Assembly: GCA_030704615.1 (NCBI GenBank)
Contig: CM060732.1
Coordinates: 83,146,692-83,210,691, forward strand
Direction: 5' to 3'
DNA from: Takakia lepidozioides
Lineage: Eukaryota; Plantae; Bryophyta
DNA length: 64,000 nt
Each line of letters opens with the position of its first letter. The stretch's first letter is position 1. Position numbers and translations under genes: made by a program. Positions 61,492 to 64,000 of this stretch are shown here, piece by piece. Below the pieces are notes generated by a model, which was not told where the DNA came from, searched no databases, and was given only the letters and a program-made list of their open reading frames with translations.

Positions 61492-62221
61492 TGTCGCGGC
61501 CCTTTGCCTTGAGGGCAGGGGGTCGGGACACATGAGGGGTTGCCCCTGTGGTGGGGGCAGCGGCAGCGATGGGTATGGGGGGGGCTGAAGCACCCTTGAG
61601 TGCCCAAGGCACTCAGGGAAGCGGAGGCGCTCACTAGGTGGAGCCCCGCACACCGGGTTGCGGTGGGGGTGGCTCCACAAGGGGTGGTGGTAGCTTAGCG
61701 GGACTTAGTGGGTGTGGCATAGGACTCACCATGGGGGCGGAGACCTCGTGGTGGGAGTCGTGGGGAGTCTTGGGACTCATCACGGTCCATAGGGGCCGTG
61801 GTGAGTGGGCCAAGACTCATCGCGACTCATCACAGGGAGTCGAGGATTTTCGTGGTGGTTCGCTATAAAATGGCATGGCTGGTTGTGAAACCCCCGCGGA
61901 CAGCTACAGAAGTATATATAGGGAGTAGTAACCCCGAGAACGGTGCAAGCCCGTTGGTAACCAAAAAACTAATGAGTAAGCGAGCGAGCCGGAAAGCGAC
62001 CAAAGAGTGGGGAGCTGTTCCGGACTGCCAACTACCAAAGGGAATTCCCGCTGGTTCCAAATCGGTGGAGGGTTCTTTGGGAGAACAAAGGGGGACCGTT
62101 ATGCCCCGGTGAGCAGCCGAAGCTCCAAGTTGGCCTGGCGGCCAGGTTGGGAGTCAGGCGCGCGCATCAAAGCTAGCAACTATGACTTGAAGGGGAGTTT
62201 ACCGAAGTGAGGTGCGCAACA
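61492..62221 (+). repeat. 3' LTR (730 bp)
   Basis: Direct repeat of 53329-54057 followed by TSD AAACC. Confidence 0.95.
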
Positions 62222-63050
62222 AAACCTCTGCTAATGAAATCTCTGCAGCCACATATGCCGATGACCTTCCCATTCTTGCACACAAACCTCAACACCTTAA
62301 TCGTCAGGTTGATAAATTATCCCGCTTCAACCAATGGTCTGGTATGGAGCTCAGCCTTCACAAATGAGCAGTCACTACAGCCACTCATCGCAACAAATTC
62401 ACAAAATCCACGATAGCCTGCCACTGTAAGCTCCACATACACTACCAACACAAACCCTTCCCCTTCCTGGGGCCAGACGAACCTTACACATATCTTGGCA
62501 TTCAATTAGTCCCCTCGCTCACCTGGCACATACAAAAGGGCACAACAATTGTCAAACTAACCAACAAAAGTTTAGCACTACTCAAATCCTTGATATCCAT
62601 CCGTCCCAAACTAGCTATCACCCAAAAAGTACTCAAACCACAAGCCCAATATGCCTTCCACGCGGCCCCCTTCTCGTTACCCGACATCAAACAACTTGAC
62701 ATAAGTATTATCCAACTAACCAAACGAATATGTGGCTTACCCACCAGTACCCCAAATGCTCTCACTCAGCTCCCGCAGGATAACTATGGTATAGGATCTA
62801 GCCCCTTAATTATCTCATACGCCTGCACCCCAGGCTCACAACTTCTAGAGGCCCTCAAAGATCCTGGACGTCTTGGGCTAATCTTTCAAGGGCTTCTCAA
62901 ACACCTGCTTTGAAATACAATGGACTCTGTCCACTCCCCTTTCTCCACCCACAATATTGCCTACACTCTCCTACTGCCCGCACACTATTCATCCTACATC
63001 AAATGAAAATTAGTGTACAAACGGACCTCCCTGGATACCCTAACACTAGC
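62222..63050 (+). mobile_element. Dualen/RandI-like LINE reverse transcriptase, 3' part
   Basis: Continues the 52790-53328 frame: (YKT)SANEISAATYADDL...PYTYLGIQL... Confidence 0.9.
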
Positions 63051-63059
63051 CTGATGCAT

Positions 63060-63610
63060 CACTGTGTACATGAAATGGTAAATCCCATCTTGGATTTATT
63101 AGAATTGGTGCTGCTGTGAGGGCCCTTTTTAGTGAATCAAATGATCCTGGCAAGCTGGAGACCATCGGTATTCGGCATCCTTCTTCAGCAGTCTATAGAC
63201 TGGTGCCGCTCTGTGAGCATATTTGGCCATGTACCTTCTGTAATAGCTTGTATGTCCCAGAAATCTCTTGAGTTTCTTTGGGATTTTCTGGTGGTGGTAT
63301 TTTCTGGATAACATCCACCTTCTTCGGATCTACGAAAATTCCCTGTTGGCACATAATGTGTCCCAACAGTAATCCTGAAATTCACACAAAATGTACATTT
63401 TTCCAGATTGAAACTTACTCCATTGTCTCAGCAGGCTTGTAGGCAAAGTTTTAACTGTGCCAAGTGTTTGGATTTCTGTCCGAAGACACTGAAATCATCC
63501 AGGAATACCTGCATAACGTCATTGAGATAACTCTTGAATATCTCAGATACTGCCCTCTGAAACATGGCCGGTGCGTTGCAAAGTCCAAATGGCATGAGCC
63601 AATGAGTCAA
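63060..63610 (-). mobile_element. Decayed RT fragment of a second Ty3/Gypsy family
   Basis: MPFGLCNAPAMFQR...QVFLDDFSVFG...FLGHTSYYRRY. Confidence 0.9.
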
Positions 63611-64000
63611 TGAGGCGTTCAGTTGTCATCTGGTTTTTGTTCATTGCGAAAAAGAAATCATGCAATGCGTGCACGGCTATTGCACCCATTGAACAGATGT
63701 GGTTGAAGCCCCTCTTTTGCCCGCATGTGTGCGACACATGTGTGGAGACACAACAGACGAATAAATCATTTGCCTCCCCATCGACACCAAGCCATTCCAT
63801 AATGTAATTGAATTTAAATTAATTTTAAGCCAATAAATAAGTTTGCACTGCCTTTCATTGGGGGTTTCTGGCACGTATCGATTTTGTTTTTGGCTCAATT
63901 TTGTTCTGCGGCTTCCAGCATCCCACCACTACTCCCCCGCCAAAATTTGGACCAATCACAAATGCCCCAAAAAAAAAATGTTCTCTTCGCTCACTATTGC

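Larger units (their letters stand above)
53329..62221 (+). mobile_element. Full-length Ty3/Gypsy chromovirus LTR retrotransposon (inactivated)
   Basis: TG...CA LTRs, 5-bp TSD AAACC (53324-53328, 62222-62226), PBS, and gag-PR-RT-RH-INT-chromodomain order. Confidence 0.97.

Overview
Eukaryotic, intron-rich plant nuclear DNA; a bryophyte or other seed-free land plant is inferred from gene style and TE families. Two host genes lie on the + strand: an F-box/LRR gene (25214-30647) and a large TPR-repeat gene (32884-49520). They are flanked on both sides by nested, decayed transposons. Left arm: a CACTA-type TnpA-like pseudogene carries an FCP1/SCP-like HAD phosphatase domain between its two En/Spm domains, and that domain is split by a 2.77-kb SWIM-zinc-finger DNA element with an 8-9 bp TSD. 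Next come captured OSB-like (PDF-motif) gene fragments ending in a Helitron-like 3' end, a truncated chromovirus and three palindromic satellites. Right arm: a full-length Ty3/Gypsy chromovirus (53329-62221, TSD AAACC) sits inside the RT of a Dualen/RandI-like LINE. The most unusual signals are enzyme domains hidden in TE fragments. (1) A PCIF1/CAPAM-like N6-adenine methyltransferase fold lies directly upstream of RNase H in the Dualen-like LINE (two copies). (2) The FCP1-like phosphatase sits inside the CACTA accessory protein. (3) A short remnant resembles a beta-class N4C/N6A DNA methyltransferase. All family assignments are by-eye motif recognition, not database searches, and novelty could not be verified.
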